A stretch of 64,000 nucleotides of DNA from Vicugna vicugna (Eukaryota). The stretch covers positions 1,502,356-1,566,355 of the forward strand of contig MU057744.1 of the NCBI GenBank assembly GCA_013265495.1, read 5' to 3'. Shown here piece after piece: positions 1-12,580 of the stretch (the first letter of the stretch is position 1; the number at the start of each line of letters is the position of its first letter). Position numbers and translations under genes: made by a program. A model generated the notes under the pieces. The model was not told the DNA's origin, did no database searches, and saw only the letters and a program-made list of their open reading frames with translations.

Positions 1-336
1 TTTATAGATAGGCTGTTCCTGAAAGGGTAAGCTGAATGAAAAAGGAAAATCAGCATGCAGCTCAAACGTTCGTGGGGGGCACCCTGTGGGCAGTTCCTTC
101 TTCATGGCAAATAATCGCCCCCTAATGCTGGCTCCGTGGTGTTCAGTTGTGCTGTTTGTGCTGTGACTTCCTCTCTGTGTCTCATCTCCAGATGCTCTTG
201 TGCACTGTTTAAAGGGCATTCTGGTACCACTAACCTACCAGGTGATGAGTTCCTTGTGAGCGAGGTCTACAGGCATCCTTTCCTCTTTTGAGGGTGGGTT
301 GGGGGTACAGCTCTTGACACAGTCCTCAAGTGTGAA

Positions 337-677
337 GGTCCTAGTCCATTCTGGCTGCTGTAACACGACACCACTGACTAGGTGGCTTATAAACAACAAA
401 GTTTGTTTCTCACTGTTTTGGACGCTGGGGCGTCCCCCACCAGGGCTCCTGAAGATCTGGTGTCTGGTGAGGACCTGCTTGGTGGTTCCTGGGTTGTGCC
501 GACTCACTGTGTTGTCCCGGGGAGAGGGAGCTTCTGGGGCTCTTATAAGGGCCCTGATCCCACTTGCGGGGCACCTCCCTCGTGACCTGATCAACTTCCC
601 AAAGGCTCCACCTCCCAATACCGTCATCTTTGGGTTCAACATGTGAATTTAGGGAACACAAACATCAGACCATGGCA
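337..677 (-). mobile_element. MaLR solo LTR, MLT1A-like
   Basis: Resembles the reverse complement of the MLT1A consensus end to end: gtcctagtccattctggctgctgtaac...ggtggcttataaacaac...cccaaaggctccacctcccaatacc...ttcaacatgtgaattt...aaacatcagaccatggca. Confidence 0.85.
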
Positions 678-3600
678 GTGAAGACGCCCAGTAAATACTG
701 ATTGACAGAGTGACGTAGTTGTTATCAGGCGTCCTGTGGTCTTGCCAGCTCCTGAGATTGAGAGCAGCAGAGTGGAGTGGGTTAGGGGCTCGTCTGAGGG
801 GGGCCAGCTGAGGGCATTAGGCAGCAGAGACCCCACCATGAGGCTGGGGTGGAGGGAGGAATCAGGACCGGAAGGAGAGCTGTGTACATGGGTCAGGATG
901 ACAAGTGAGCTGGGGCTGCCGCTGGACCACACGCGCCTGGGGAACTGCAGGGTTGAAAATGCTACCATGCAGGTGGCGAGCCTTTTCCCCAAGGATTTTC
1001 CCTCAACATTTGAGAGACGATAAAGGCCAGAGGGCCTGACTGTCAAGGGCACCTGAGGTAAAGTTTCTGTATTTAATAGTTTGTCTTGCTAAGGGAAACC
1101 TTGCCTTCAACTGTGAAACCTGGAATTACGTGAGCCCGAGTTGGACACTGCATGTTTCTAGAATCTGCTCTCCAACTGAAGACTGGACTGAACCACATAC
1201 TTCTGTGGTCATGCCTCCTCACTCATTGTCCCACAAAGATAACCTACAAGTCTCGGGCCTCCCATTCTCCCGTGTGGGTGGGAAAAGCGTAACATTTTAC
1301 TGGGACCGTGCTTGAAATCGCTCTGCAGCCAAGAAGGGCTATGCAGAGTGAAAGGGTTATTTAGCATGATTTTGGCTGATCGCAGGACACTGAAATCTTT
1401 CTCACTGGAAGGAAGTGCCCACTAGGCAAACTGCAGCGCCTCCTCCGGCTGTTGACAGACAGCAGCAGCTGAGATTGAGGATCCTGCCTGTGAGGAACGC
1501 TTTGGGAAGCTAACAGCTCACCGTTGCGACACAGTGCCCCCAGCCAGGGAGGGAGAGGCCTCATGCTCAGGAGACCGCTCTGAAGACAAGATGGCCCGCG
1601 AGACGCAGGCCGTCCACTGCTCGTTGTGGGGCTCAGCCTGGCTCGGGCAAGACCGCAGGCCCGAGGGGTCAGGGTGTCAGCTGGGCATGCAGGGAGCAGA
1701 CCTGGGGCCGGCCTTGAGGCCTGGGCATCGCGGGCAGGAGGAGCAGCTGGCGCCCTGAGAAGACGAGGTTTCACTTGAACTGTTCTACGAGAATAGTTTC
1801 CCTTTTTCATGCAGAGGGCTGCGCCTCCAAATAAATTATTGTGAAGAATTGGACTTAGAAACTGTCACAGGAAGACGGGGAAGGTCGTGGACCTGACTTT
1901 GTGTTTTCAGAGACTTTCACAGTCCTGGATTTATGGGATGGAGGAGTAAAAACCAGATTTTACAGTCCCTTCCTTTTTGTTTATGATGTTAAGCGATGCC
2001 CTGTTTCAAATACTTCCCACTGGAGAGAGGGTGCTCTTTGCTGCCCAGCTGCCTGTCTGAGAAGTCTCTCCCTGGACTTGCTCTTTTGGGATTACGTCTC
2101 ACGGAACTCTTCCAGCTCTCCTCAGTATCCTAGGGACACCCCTGCTTCTTCCTTATCATTTCTAACCTGTGAACCTTTTCTTCTGTTTTTTTTAACCAGA
2201 AATGAACACTTTGAGTTCATGGTTTCTGTGGGAGTGGGTTCTTCACGGCCCCCAGAACTGAAGTCCTTGGGACGACCTTGTTTTCAATTCTAATGTCTCC
2301 GAGCAGCCGTGCCGTGGCAGGGGAATACATGTTGGCATCTTATTTTTCTGACCCAGTGACGGTGTCTGGGGGCAGTCTGACTTCCACCATCCGTGACCCG
2401 ACTGACAGAGAAGATGGAAGATACTTCACTATAAATGTAAGGCCACTCTGGATGTCATCACTTGGACAGAAGATAACAGCTGTAGAAGACCGAGCCCGCC
2501 AGCCCGTCTGCATCGTGCCTTCTGTGGCCGAGCTGTTAGAGGGCGGCGTCCCGCGCCCCCTCTAAATCCGTGGGCTGTGCTGCAGAAAGCTTCGTCCTGA
2601 ATCGCATTGGGCCAGAAGTCTTACAGCCCCGGCGCTGGGACTGAAGGTCTGGCCCGCAGTCGGCTGTGGGCGGGTGCGGCCCAGGGGAGAGCCGGGCCGT
2701 CGCACTGTGGTCTTATTCTATTTCAGTCTAGCCTGTTTGTTCAAAGCTTTGCTAAAATTGGGGTGGACTAACGGCCTTTTTAAAATGGGACTGATTTAGC
2801 TTGAATATGTGTTTTCCTTTCTTTCTCCACTTCTGGATGGCTCCTATTCCAACTGGTATGATTCAAGTATTCCAGTGCAGTAAGGGATCCAAACTATGTC
2901 CCTTAGGTAGATAAATAAACAGAGAGTGGAATTCTTTAGGGCTGCCAGGCCGCCCTTTTCCATCAGCACTAAACTCTGAAGAATGGTACAGGCCTTGAGT
3001 TAAGTGGGGAGGAGGCTGAGCTTTCTGAGTGAAGGAATCCAGGAGAATCTTTCCCATTTGATGCTTCATTCTTGTGCATTATTTTTTAATAAGGAAATGA
3101 ACCCCAGCTGACAGAGCTGGTTTTCTCTTGTTGGGGGACTGTTGAAATCTATTCTGTTGCTTAAATCAGGTTAAATAAGGAAGAATTATGTTTTGGAAGT
3201 CTGGCCTCTGGGTCTCTGGTATATTTATGAAGATTTCTACTTAATTCTTATTTCTGTTTCTCAGGGATTCTCATGACACCATCCTCTGGTACAAGAGATA
3301 TCCAAGGATAAGAGGAAAGAAAACTGTATTTTATAATACAATTAAAGCAACTGTAATTTTTTTTTTGGCAGGGGGGACATGGGTTTAAGTAAAAGATTTT
3401 ATTTCACTCCTTCTGGGAATTTATTTTCTCAAACCAAGTACAGTAATAGTCCACGCACGTCTGTTACGGGCGCTGGGCTGTTACGGGCGTCAGCTGGGCT
3501 GCAGACCTGGCGGGGAGACGCCGAGCCTCCCATCCTGTGCTCCCTTGGCCAGCGAATCCCCTACTCCTGTTGGCCTTGCTGTTGCATTGCTTTTGTCAAT

Positions 3601-4169
3601 GCAGATTTGTATGTTTGATAAATACATTGGGTCATGATCTGAATTTCCACTTGACTTTACTGTTTTCTTTATTAAAATGTATGCATTAAAGTTTTGGGGC
3701 TTGAGGTAAGAGTCAAGATTGATCCTGATGGTCTTTCTTACTCCCTACTCATTTCCCATAGCTATGGTTAAAATTCAATGATTCAGGTGCGAAAAGGGCG
3801 TGGAAGACCTTGAAAATGTAAAAAGTTGAAGGGAATGTCGCTGGGACCATCAAATTCCTGAACACAGACCAACGGCCAGTAACTCAGTCTTGACTGAAAG
3901 AGAAGTCCGCAGGGCTGACAGCAGCAGACCCTGCTCAGTCTTCAGCCAGGACTGGGGACCATCTCTCCCCAGGGCACAGCTCGGCCACCTCTGCTCCCGA
4001 CTGTCACTGTCTGTCGTGTCCCTGTGACATACAGTGCAGAAGGAATCTGAAAGCCACCTGGGTTCCTGTGTTCACTTGCAGGGAGCCATCCTGTCATGTG
4101 TGTTGAACAAATACTGTCCTCGTGGGGCTTAGACTCTGGTAGGGGAGACATAATCGGAAATAAACAGAG

Positions 4170-4568
4170 CATATGGTGTTTGTCTTTCTCTTTCTGGTTT
4201 ACTTCACTTAGAATGACGATCTCCAGGTCCAGCCCTGTGATACCACTCATATGTGGGATGTAAAAAAAAAAAGAAAAAAAGAGAGACAAATGAACTTATT
4301 TACAAAACAGAAACAGACTCACAGACATAGAGAACAAATTTATGGTTACCAGGGGGAAGGAGGTGGGAGTTTGGGATTAGCAGACACTAATATATATAAA
4401 ATAGACAAACACGTTTCTTCTGTGAAGCACAGGGAACTATCTTCACTATCTTGTAGTAACTTGTTATGAAAAGGAATATATGTATGTACATGGATGGCTG
4501 AAACATGATGCTGTGCACCAGAAACTGACACAACATTGTAAACTGACTACACTTCAGTTTAAAAAAAA
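4170..4568 (+). mobile_element. Young L1 3' fragment with 5' inversion
   Basis: 4170-4238 is antisense L1 (catatggtgtttgtc...gatctccaggtcc). 4238-4568 is the sense L1 3' UTR (aaacagaaacagactcacagacatag...cattgtaaactgactacacttcag) plus an A tail. Confidence 0.85.
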
Positions 4569-7269
4569 TGAACTCAGTACGTGCATCGCGTGGTGTGGTG
4601 GAAGGTTCTGCGGGGACGAGTGAGAAGCGGGACAGGACCAGGGGCTCGAGGGAGGGAACAGGTGTGACTTGCAGACAGTCGTCGGGACGATGTGGTCTGA
4701 GCGGACTGGAAGGGGCGGGCCGTCTGTGCTGGGCCTCCAGGCCTAGGGAGCAGCCAGTGTGAGGGGGTGGGGCTGTGCCTGGAGGGTCCAGCAGGATGGG
4801 AGGAGGGGGCGGCCAGAGGGGCCGAGGAGGAGGGGGCAGGGCTTTGAGGGCTGTTGAGAGGACTTGCCTTCCTACCAGGGGCCACCAGGGAGTTGTTTTT
4901 TGCAGGGCGTTGAGCAGGGGTGGTGACGTGTTGAGACTAGACGGTGTCTGGGCCAGGGTGGGCAGGGAGACCCTCTGCAGGTCCTGGAGTGGCTTGCACT
5001 TGGATGGGAGCGGGTGCCAGGACTGCGTGTATTTTGAACCCAGAGCCGGCGAGAAGTCCTGGTGGTTCCACGTGGGCGGTGAGGGCAGAGGAGGAGTGGA
5101 GGAGCCCTGCCTCCTGGCAGGTGCATGTTTCCAGCTGCGGGTGGAGGGGTGGGCGGGAGGGAGCGAGTCGGAGCTTGGCTTGGTCACGTGGAAGGTCGGC
5201 ACCCTCACTGGGAGGACCTGGTGACGGTCCTCTCCTTCCACCTCCCGACCTCCCCCAGGGCCCTTGTTCTGAGAGGGAAGGCAGAGGGCGGAGGGCCCGT
5301 TGCGAGGCGGGCTTCGGGGCAGGAAGCGGAGAGCGAGGGAAGCGTCAGGTGGTCTCTCCTCGGTTCCTGTGCACATTTTCCTGTCCTTTCGGGGGCCCCC
5401 CGTTCAGGGTCCCAGGAAGCTTGTGACTCTCAGACCGACGGCTGCCAGTCCGCCGTCCACCCCGCGCCAGCTCCAGGAGGGGTCTCTGAGCCTGTAAAAC
5501 TGGGAGGGCAATTGGGGTTCTGTCCGCGGTGCGTTGGGGAGCGCGGGCACTGGCTTGGGTACCCCGTGGCATCCCTGTGACACCCCCCCCCCGCTGCTGG
5601 ACGGACACACAGTTGGCGATTCGGTGGGTGGTGTCCAGTGGCCGGTCCGGAGACAGTGCACGTGGGGAGGGGAGTAAGGAACCCTTCATTTTCTTACACT
5701 TTTATGATTCTTTTTAAAAATTTCTTTACCTTTTCCGTTACAACTTTTTTGCCCAGTCTAATCTTCAGACAGGGAGACCGCCAACCCACCTCTTCATTCT
5801 ACAACACTAAAAAAAATCAGCCAATGGCTCACCCCTTCCAGGCAAATTTATAGGATTAAACAACTTAATGTTTTCTTCCTCCCATGCAAGGGCTCCCCTT
5901 TGCAGCCTGCAGGTAGTAATAATTAGGGTTTTACATTTCTGGGGGTCCATGTCCTGTGCACTTCTCTCCCTATGAGAATGTAAGCCTCTTAGGAATGGGG
6001 ACCAGGATTCTTTTGGGACACGTAGCTGACTTTTAAAATAACAACTGCGCTTCTGGCTCCTGTTTAGTTTATGCTGCATTGTGTAATGCGCTGTCATTCT
6101 GGTGTTCAGCTGGTTTTTCCCTAATCCGGTGTCTTGGCGTCTTGGCTCTTTGCTGTTTTATCCCTAAGGGCCCGACCTCATGGAGCCTTCGCATTATGTA
6201 AATATTTATTGAATAAGCTGCACAGGCTCTTACAGGGGCTGTGTTCACACACCCCAGCAGTAGGCTCCTTCCCACGTATGCGTCCCCTTTCCTGAATCCT
6301 AGACACAGAGCCCAAGACTCTGGAGGAATCGGGGATAAATCCCTGCTCCTCAGGCCCTAACGCTTTCTGAGGTGCAGTTTTTATAAGCTTGGGAAGGGAT
6401 CTTTTCCCTTCCTCCTGAACGTAGGGCATCGCCGGTCCCCCTGGCGTAGGGCTCTGTCCCGTGGTCATTGGAGGCTGTGCCCATCCCTGGAGGTCAGGAG
6501 CACGTGGTACTGATGCGGCCTGAGCACCCCGCCCAGTTCCTGGCCTAGCGAGGGCCCCCCAGGAATGTTCATGGGAGGGAACTGAAGCCGGAAACTAGAG
6601 AAGCCGTGTGGCTCGCCTGCGAGGAGAGAGAAGCAGCAGAATTTGGCGGAGGAAGGAACGGAGAGCTAGGAGGCGGCATTCGGGAGGCTCACGGACACCC
6701 GTTGGGGGTAGGGGCGTGCATTTCCGTCACATCTGTTGCAACAGCTCTGAGTGCCTTCCTTTTAAAGATCACACGAGATTGAGGGCTTCTCAAAACCGTG
6801 CCGTTGGTACCTGTGCTGGCGAGCTCTCCTTTAGTGAAGCGAGGGGAACTGCAGCGCAGTGTGGGCCCTGGGCTCAGGTAGGGCAGCCGGTCTGGACATG
6901 ACACCCGCGGGTCCTTCCTGCTCCAGAGGCGCACACACGCCTTGCAGCCCCTCCCTTACACACCATCCACCGGGCATTGCTTTATAAAGGGGGCAGAGAT
7001 TGTTCTTTCACAAATAGTATTTTTAAAAATACAGGTGTCCCTGGGAAAAGTAACAATCCAACTGATATAAATTCATATCCAGTTGTACACAGGCGATTCT
7101 TTTTGGTGATACATTTTCCTGGAGGGGGAAGGTCAAAGGGCCAGGGACCACCCCCCCACCCCACCCCAAGTCAGACCTGGTGTGGTCAGCATGACCAGGA
7201 CTGTCCTTGACGCTAACAATTTTTTTTCACTCTATACACTTGTATTAACTCTTGCTTTCTCAAAAATTT

Positions 7270-7590
7270 AATTTTTTTATTGAGTTATAGTCAGTTTACA
7301 CTGTTGTGTCAATTTCCAGTGTAGAGCACAATTTTTCAGTTATACATGAACGTATATATATTCATTTTCGCATTCGTTTCCACTGTGAGCTACCACAAGA
7401 TCTTGTACATATTTCCCTGTGCTACACGGTACAATCTTATCTATTCTACATTTGGAACTCCCAGTCTGTCCCTTCCCACCCTCCTTCCCCCTGGCAACCA
7501 CAAGTGTGTACTCTGTGTCTGTGAGTCTGTTTCTGTTTTGTGTTTATATTCTTTTTTTTTAGATTCCACATACGAGCGATCTCATAGGGT
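7270..7590 (-). mobile_element. Young L1 3' fragment (gtagagcacaatttttcag subfamily)
   Basis: T-rich start followed by antisense L1 3' UTR; close match to the copy at 58446-59182. Confidence 0.9.
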
Positions 7591-7899
7591 AATCCTTCTT
7601 TTTCATTTCTTTTGCTTACGTTTCCTTATCTGTCAAAAACGCCATTAGGTTTGTTACCTGCCTTTGCTCTTTAAGCTTGAGCCGCTACGCCTGACACCCG
7701 GTGTGAGAAGCCTCTGACTCGCAAGACACGCTACTGCACGAGAGCTTTTGAAGCTGACGACACCGTCACCTTCAGCAGGAGGCTCTGCGCTGCACAGGCC
7801 CCTGTGAGGGCGGCAGGGTGTGAGGCACCCCAGCCCTGCCGGGAGCTTGTAAATATTCGGGTTTAAAAGCTGCTGCTCCAACAGCCACGTCAGTCTGGG

Positions 7900-8790
7900 A
7901 AGCCCGTTTAGAAATCACATCCGCGAGGAAAGCGGACTCAGGGTGGACGGAACATTTCTCCCCTGGGAAAAGCTAATTTAGGAGGAGAATGGGGCGGGGC
8001 CCAGGGCGGGGCCCGGAGGGCGGAAGCCCAGCGTCTGCAGGGACGGCCTGGCTTCCGGCCCCGCCCCGCCACCTCCTAAGGGCCCGGCGACCTCGGGAGA
8101 TCGCGCCTCCTCTCTGGAAACGGGACTAGTGATGGTGTCTGCGTCCCGGGGCTGCTGGGATTCCCTGGTGTTAATCCGGGGAGGGCGCAGGGTAAGGAGC
8201 GTGGCGCTGCGCTCACCCAGGGCTCGGCCAGCGGCAGGAGTGTCCAGGGACGACCAGGTGGGGGGGCCCGGGGAGGCCCCCAGCTGGCTCCGGGCAGGTG
8301 GCGGTCCTCTGCGCCGTGGCTGGCACGGTCTGTTCTGCAGGGCACACGGCTCTTTGACAGACCTGGGGGAGAACCCCTCTACCTCTCCAGATGCCCAGTG
8401 CGCGGCTGAGAGCAGCCCGGGCCCCGCAAGGCTCTTCCTGGAACCCCCTGTGGGCCCCCAGCCCAGCTTGACCGCAGCACGAAGTGCCCCAGGTGGTTAA
8501 AAAGGATGCAGAGTGTTGTGCAGACAGCCTTTTGGTGTTTAGAAGTGTGGCAGAACTTTGTCCTTGCGAGGAAGAAAGTGTCCGCCTCCTTGGGAAGGAA
8601 GTCAGTTGTGTAGTAACGGCCGCCACAGGCGAAGGTGCGTTTTCACCCGGAGAACGTGGCGGAGCCCGAAGCGCCAGCCCCGGCCGCGGTGTCGGAGGGG
8701 CCTGCGCCCCCGCCGGGAGCCGCGCGCGGGCCCTCGTGCTTTCGCGCTGTGAGACGCGCTCTCCTGAAGCTGCGCAGCTGGCCGAGTACA
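7900..8790. promoter_or_regulatory. CpG island / probable promoter
   Basis: High GC and CpG density; tandem GC boxes (ggggcggggc 7991, gggcgggg 8004, ccccgcccc 8059); ETS cores cggaag 8021 and cttccgg 8052. Confidence 0.7.
8080..8191 (+). other. Candidate alternative first exon (start approximate)
   Basis: Strong donor cagg|gtaagg (GT at 8192-8193) about 120 bp downstream of the GC-box/ETS cluster; no transcript evidence. Confidence 0.4.
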
Positions 8791-10659
8791 CTTTGAACTT
8801 TGCCCCTGAGGCTTTTCTGTTTGTTTTTAATCCAGTTTACTCTGGAGAGGAAGGTGGAACAGGACACTGGTGTTAACAGGTTGCCTTTTCTGGGTCTTGG
8901 TGGCTCATTTAGTTCCATGCCTTGAGCACCTCGCTTACTGCGTTTTCTCATCCATGGCTGGAAAATGAAAGGATGTGTGGCCCCGTAAGAAGAGGGGAGA
9001 AGACGGGGAGGAAGAGGTCGTAGGGTCAGAAATGACTTCCACTTGTCTTCAAGTCTGAAGTGACAGCATCAGAATCTGAGCATCGTCTGCCTCAGACTTA
9101 GGGCTCCTTCGGGGCGACTTTGCAAGTCTTCTTTGTTGACATCATGAACCCCATGAAGAGGAAGGGGGGGAGGAGAAGGTGGCCAGGCCAAGGGACCTGC
9201 CCAGCCACGTCCCCGTGTGGACCGTTGTCTCACGGGGAGAGAGGAGGGGGCTGGGAGGTTTGTTCCTGGCTTTTCTTTCCTGGGGTCTGCTCCGTGTCAG
9301 AAACTTGGCCAGGCCTCGGAGAGTGACAGCGGGCAGGACACCGGCCCGCCCCTGGAGGTCTGGTCCAGGGGAGGAGGCAGACGCAGCGGGAGGGGGTCTG
9401 ACTTGGGAGATGTGAGCAGCTGGTCTGAGTACCCAGAGCTAAAGTGGTCCTTGGTGTGAGCATGTGAAGGGAGGCCTGGATCCCGGAAAGCTACGTCTTG
9501 AAGGGTCAGTGGAAGCTTCTCAAATAAAGGAGGTGACCAAAGAAGCGGGCGGAGAGAGCAGCAAATGTAAAAGTCGAGAGAGAAAATGACCAGAAGATTT
9601 TAGAGAGTATCATGCAGAGTGTGAGGTCCTGCTCAGGCAGGGTGGGGAGACGGCGGGGAGACGGCGGGACCAGGTCAGACCCGGATCCCAGGACCTCCTC
9701 TGTTACGCTGAGGAGTTCTGACCTACTTCTGCAGGCAGTGGAGGTTTGGAAACAGGAGAAACACCAGGCTGTGTCAGGAGGGAGAGCACATGGAGGGCGC
9801 GCAGGCTGAGGGAGGGACTCATTTATTGTCTCTTTGATTTGCTCCCTACATTGGGCATTTTGGGGTTCCTTCTGCCGGGCTGGGATGGCGGCCGTCCTCA
9901 GGCAGAGTCAGAGGCTGTGGTTGGTTGGCTTCGGTTTCGATCCGTTTTCAACTTGGTGGTTTTGCAGCAAACACACAAATACCTTCTCCCGTTTCAAAAC
10001 AGCTTTTAGAGGAATATGCACACGTGTAGACACACGGGAGCTGACTGGAATTTATTTACTTTTTTTTTTTTTTGAGAATTTTTTTGGAGAATTAGATTCT
10101 CCCAGGTGCATCTGAAACCACGACAGGAAACTGCCACCATGGGGAATGACGGTCCTTCCCCTCGACTTAACACGACGTGTCTCCCCACGTCTCCTGTGAA
10201 AACTGCTCACCCTGGGAGCTCCAACATTTGCTGGATGCGGTAAAGCAGCTGGTGTCCTCTTCATCCCGCTTTCCGTCTCAGCTATGTCTTGGGTGCTGTG
10301 CTTGGCCCTGGGAAACAGAAATACGTCTGTCTCTTCATGGCCACCACCTTCAAGAGGCAAGATGCGTAGCCAGTCAAGAGTACTTACTCTGTAGTCAGAA
10401 GTAGGGAACCTGGTGGGGCGGGGGCGGCAGCGGGTGCCTGCTCCAGGGAACTGCAGCGTGGAAGCAAAGTGTAGCTCTTTGTGCATCAGAGGTTACGGAC
10501 TGATGGTTACAAAAGGATGCTGAGTAAGGTGTTCTGGATCTTGAATGTTTAGAATGCTTTAGATCCCTCTAGCCTGTGGTCTTAACCTTCATGCTTACGG
10601 CCGGAATTAGGGACCTTCAGATTTTTACTTTGCTTCGTGAGTCACCAAGTAGCATGGTT

Positions 10660-10678
10660 TTGTGTGTGTGTGTGTGTG
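10660..10678. repeat. (TG)n microsatellite
   Basis: Uninterrupted TG run visible in the sequence. Confidence 0.9.
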
Positions 10679-11714
10679 GTCACTGTGGTGCCCAGTAACT
10701 TCACTTGCCTTGAGTAGAATGATCCTCTGCTGTAGAGGGAGGCTGAGTCGGGAGAGTGGGGAGCCTTGTTGTGTGTGTGTGTTGTGCTGGGCTGACCTCT
10801 GGTTAGTTCCCAGGTCTCAAATACATCACTGGAGAGCAGGCTCTGGGCTGCTAAGCAGTGTAGATATTAAGGCTTTTAGTGGCTGATGTGAGATGTCCTT
10901 TTTGCTGCTAAGAATTTCTCGGTGAGGGGGAAGAACAGATGTGACCCTGGGATTGTGCGGAGCTTGGACTTGACAGAGATGTCAGGGAGTTTATGATCGT
11001 GCAACTAATGTAATTTTCAGTATATTGGCAACAAATCATGTTTACCAAACGGGGGGCTGACTTAGGAAAATGGTTGATTTTTGAAAGCAGTACTCTGTTT
11101 ATCTGCACAGGATAAATTAAGATGTACGATGTGGTCTCCATTCAAATAAGCATGAAGGATCAAAGGAAGACAATTTTCTTTTTTTTTAATTGCCAGCTTT
11201 GAGTGGATTTTAAGCAATTTCTTTTCTAAAGCCAAATCTCTTAATTTCGTTTGCATGGGCAAAAATTTATTTTTAACTTTTTTTATTGTGAAATATAAAG
11301 TCTATGAAACATATCTAAGCAGTTACAAAAGTAATTAAGAAGTGATAATAAATCATTAAGAAGTGAATGCTTTTAATCCCCACCTGAAACAGGACATTGC
11401 CAGCACGGCAGAGATTCTAAGTACGCAGGGCCCGTCCGGGATGACGGCTGCCCTGACTTCTCTGATAATCGTTCATTCGCTTTGCTTTCTCGTTTTATCA
11501 CTTTCGTGCCGGGCAGATTATAGAACGTGTCCCTAAGGTGTGTGTGTTAATTTTGCTGTTGCTCTTGTTCATCTAGTTCTGCTAGAAAGAGCAGGGCGTC
11601 TGGGAGACAAGACAGGAGTGTTAGTATTTCTTCACCCCAGTCTAGTTCTGTCATTTAGAGCCGTATGGTCCCTGGGCTTCTTTATTAATATGTGAAAATA
11701 AACAAATGAGTTTT

Positions 11715-11929
11715 TTTTAAATTGAGGTCTAGTTGATTTACAGCATTATGGTAGCTTCTGGTGCACAGCACAGTGGTTCAGTTACACACACACATATTTA
11801 CCTTTGCCTGTTCTTTTTCATCATAGGCCATTACAAGATAGTGAATGTAGTTCCCTGTGCTGCACGGTAGGACCTTGTTGTGTATCTATTTTATATACAG
11901 TAGTGTGTGTCTGCAAATCCCAAACTCCT
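11715..11929 (-). mobile_element. Young L1 3' fragment with TSD
   Basis: Antisense L1 terminus; TSD aacaa(a/g)tgagtttt at 11701-11714 and 11930-11943. Confidence 0.9.
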
Positions 11930-12169
11930 AACAAGTGAGTTTTGATTAGGTTTCATGGTTTTTTTTAAAGATAAGATGAAGTTGTTTATGAAACTCACAT
12001 AAAAAGTAAATTACTATTTATTTTGTAAGTTCAGGTTTATAAAATTTATTTATTATAAAATCAATAAATGAGAACACAGTAGCTCTTGGTAGTAGTGTTA
12101 AAAGCTGTCGTCTGGAGGCCCCCTATTTTGAACGTAACCTTATTTTAAAGTGCATAAAAGTTGAGTGTG

Positions 12170-12580
12170 CAGTAGCCAATAAGCCCATGAAAAGCTACTC
12201 AACGTCGTTAATTATAAAGGAAATGCAGATCAGACCACCATGAGATGCCGCTCCACACCCGCCAGGCTGACTGTAATGAAAAGCACAGCCAGCGCTGGCG
12301 AGGCCGGGAAGCCCCTGGATGCGCGTGCATGCTGCTGGCCATGTAGGAGCGCTCGGGAAGCAGCCTGGCTGTTGCTTGAAAGGTTAAACGTGGACTTGAC
12401 TCACGACCCAGCAGTTCCGCTCCCAGTGAGGTACCCAAGGGAAGGAGAGCAGCTGTCCTCACAACTTGTGCACAGCGTCCAGAGCAGCGTTCACAGTAGC
12501 CAAAACGTGGGAGCAGCCCAAGTGCCCATCAGTCATGGACAGGTAAACAGAACGTCGTCTCTCCACACAGTGCAACATTG
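12170..12580 (+). mobile_element. Old L1M fragment (ORF2 3' end), strongly GC-shifted
   Basis: ggaaatgcagatcagaccaccatgagatgcc...gacccagcagttccgctcc...agtagccaaaacgtgggagcagcccaagtgcccatcag follows the L1 ORF2 end motif order. Confidence 0.75.

Noticed and set aside
4387..5376. Longest ORF (329 aa, minus strand)
   Set aside because: Pro/Ser-rich product of G-rich sequence that runs into an L1 3' UTR; overlapping ORFs occur in several frames; no recognisable domain.
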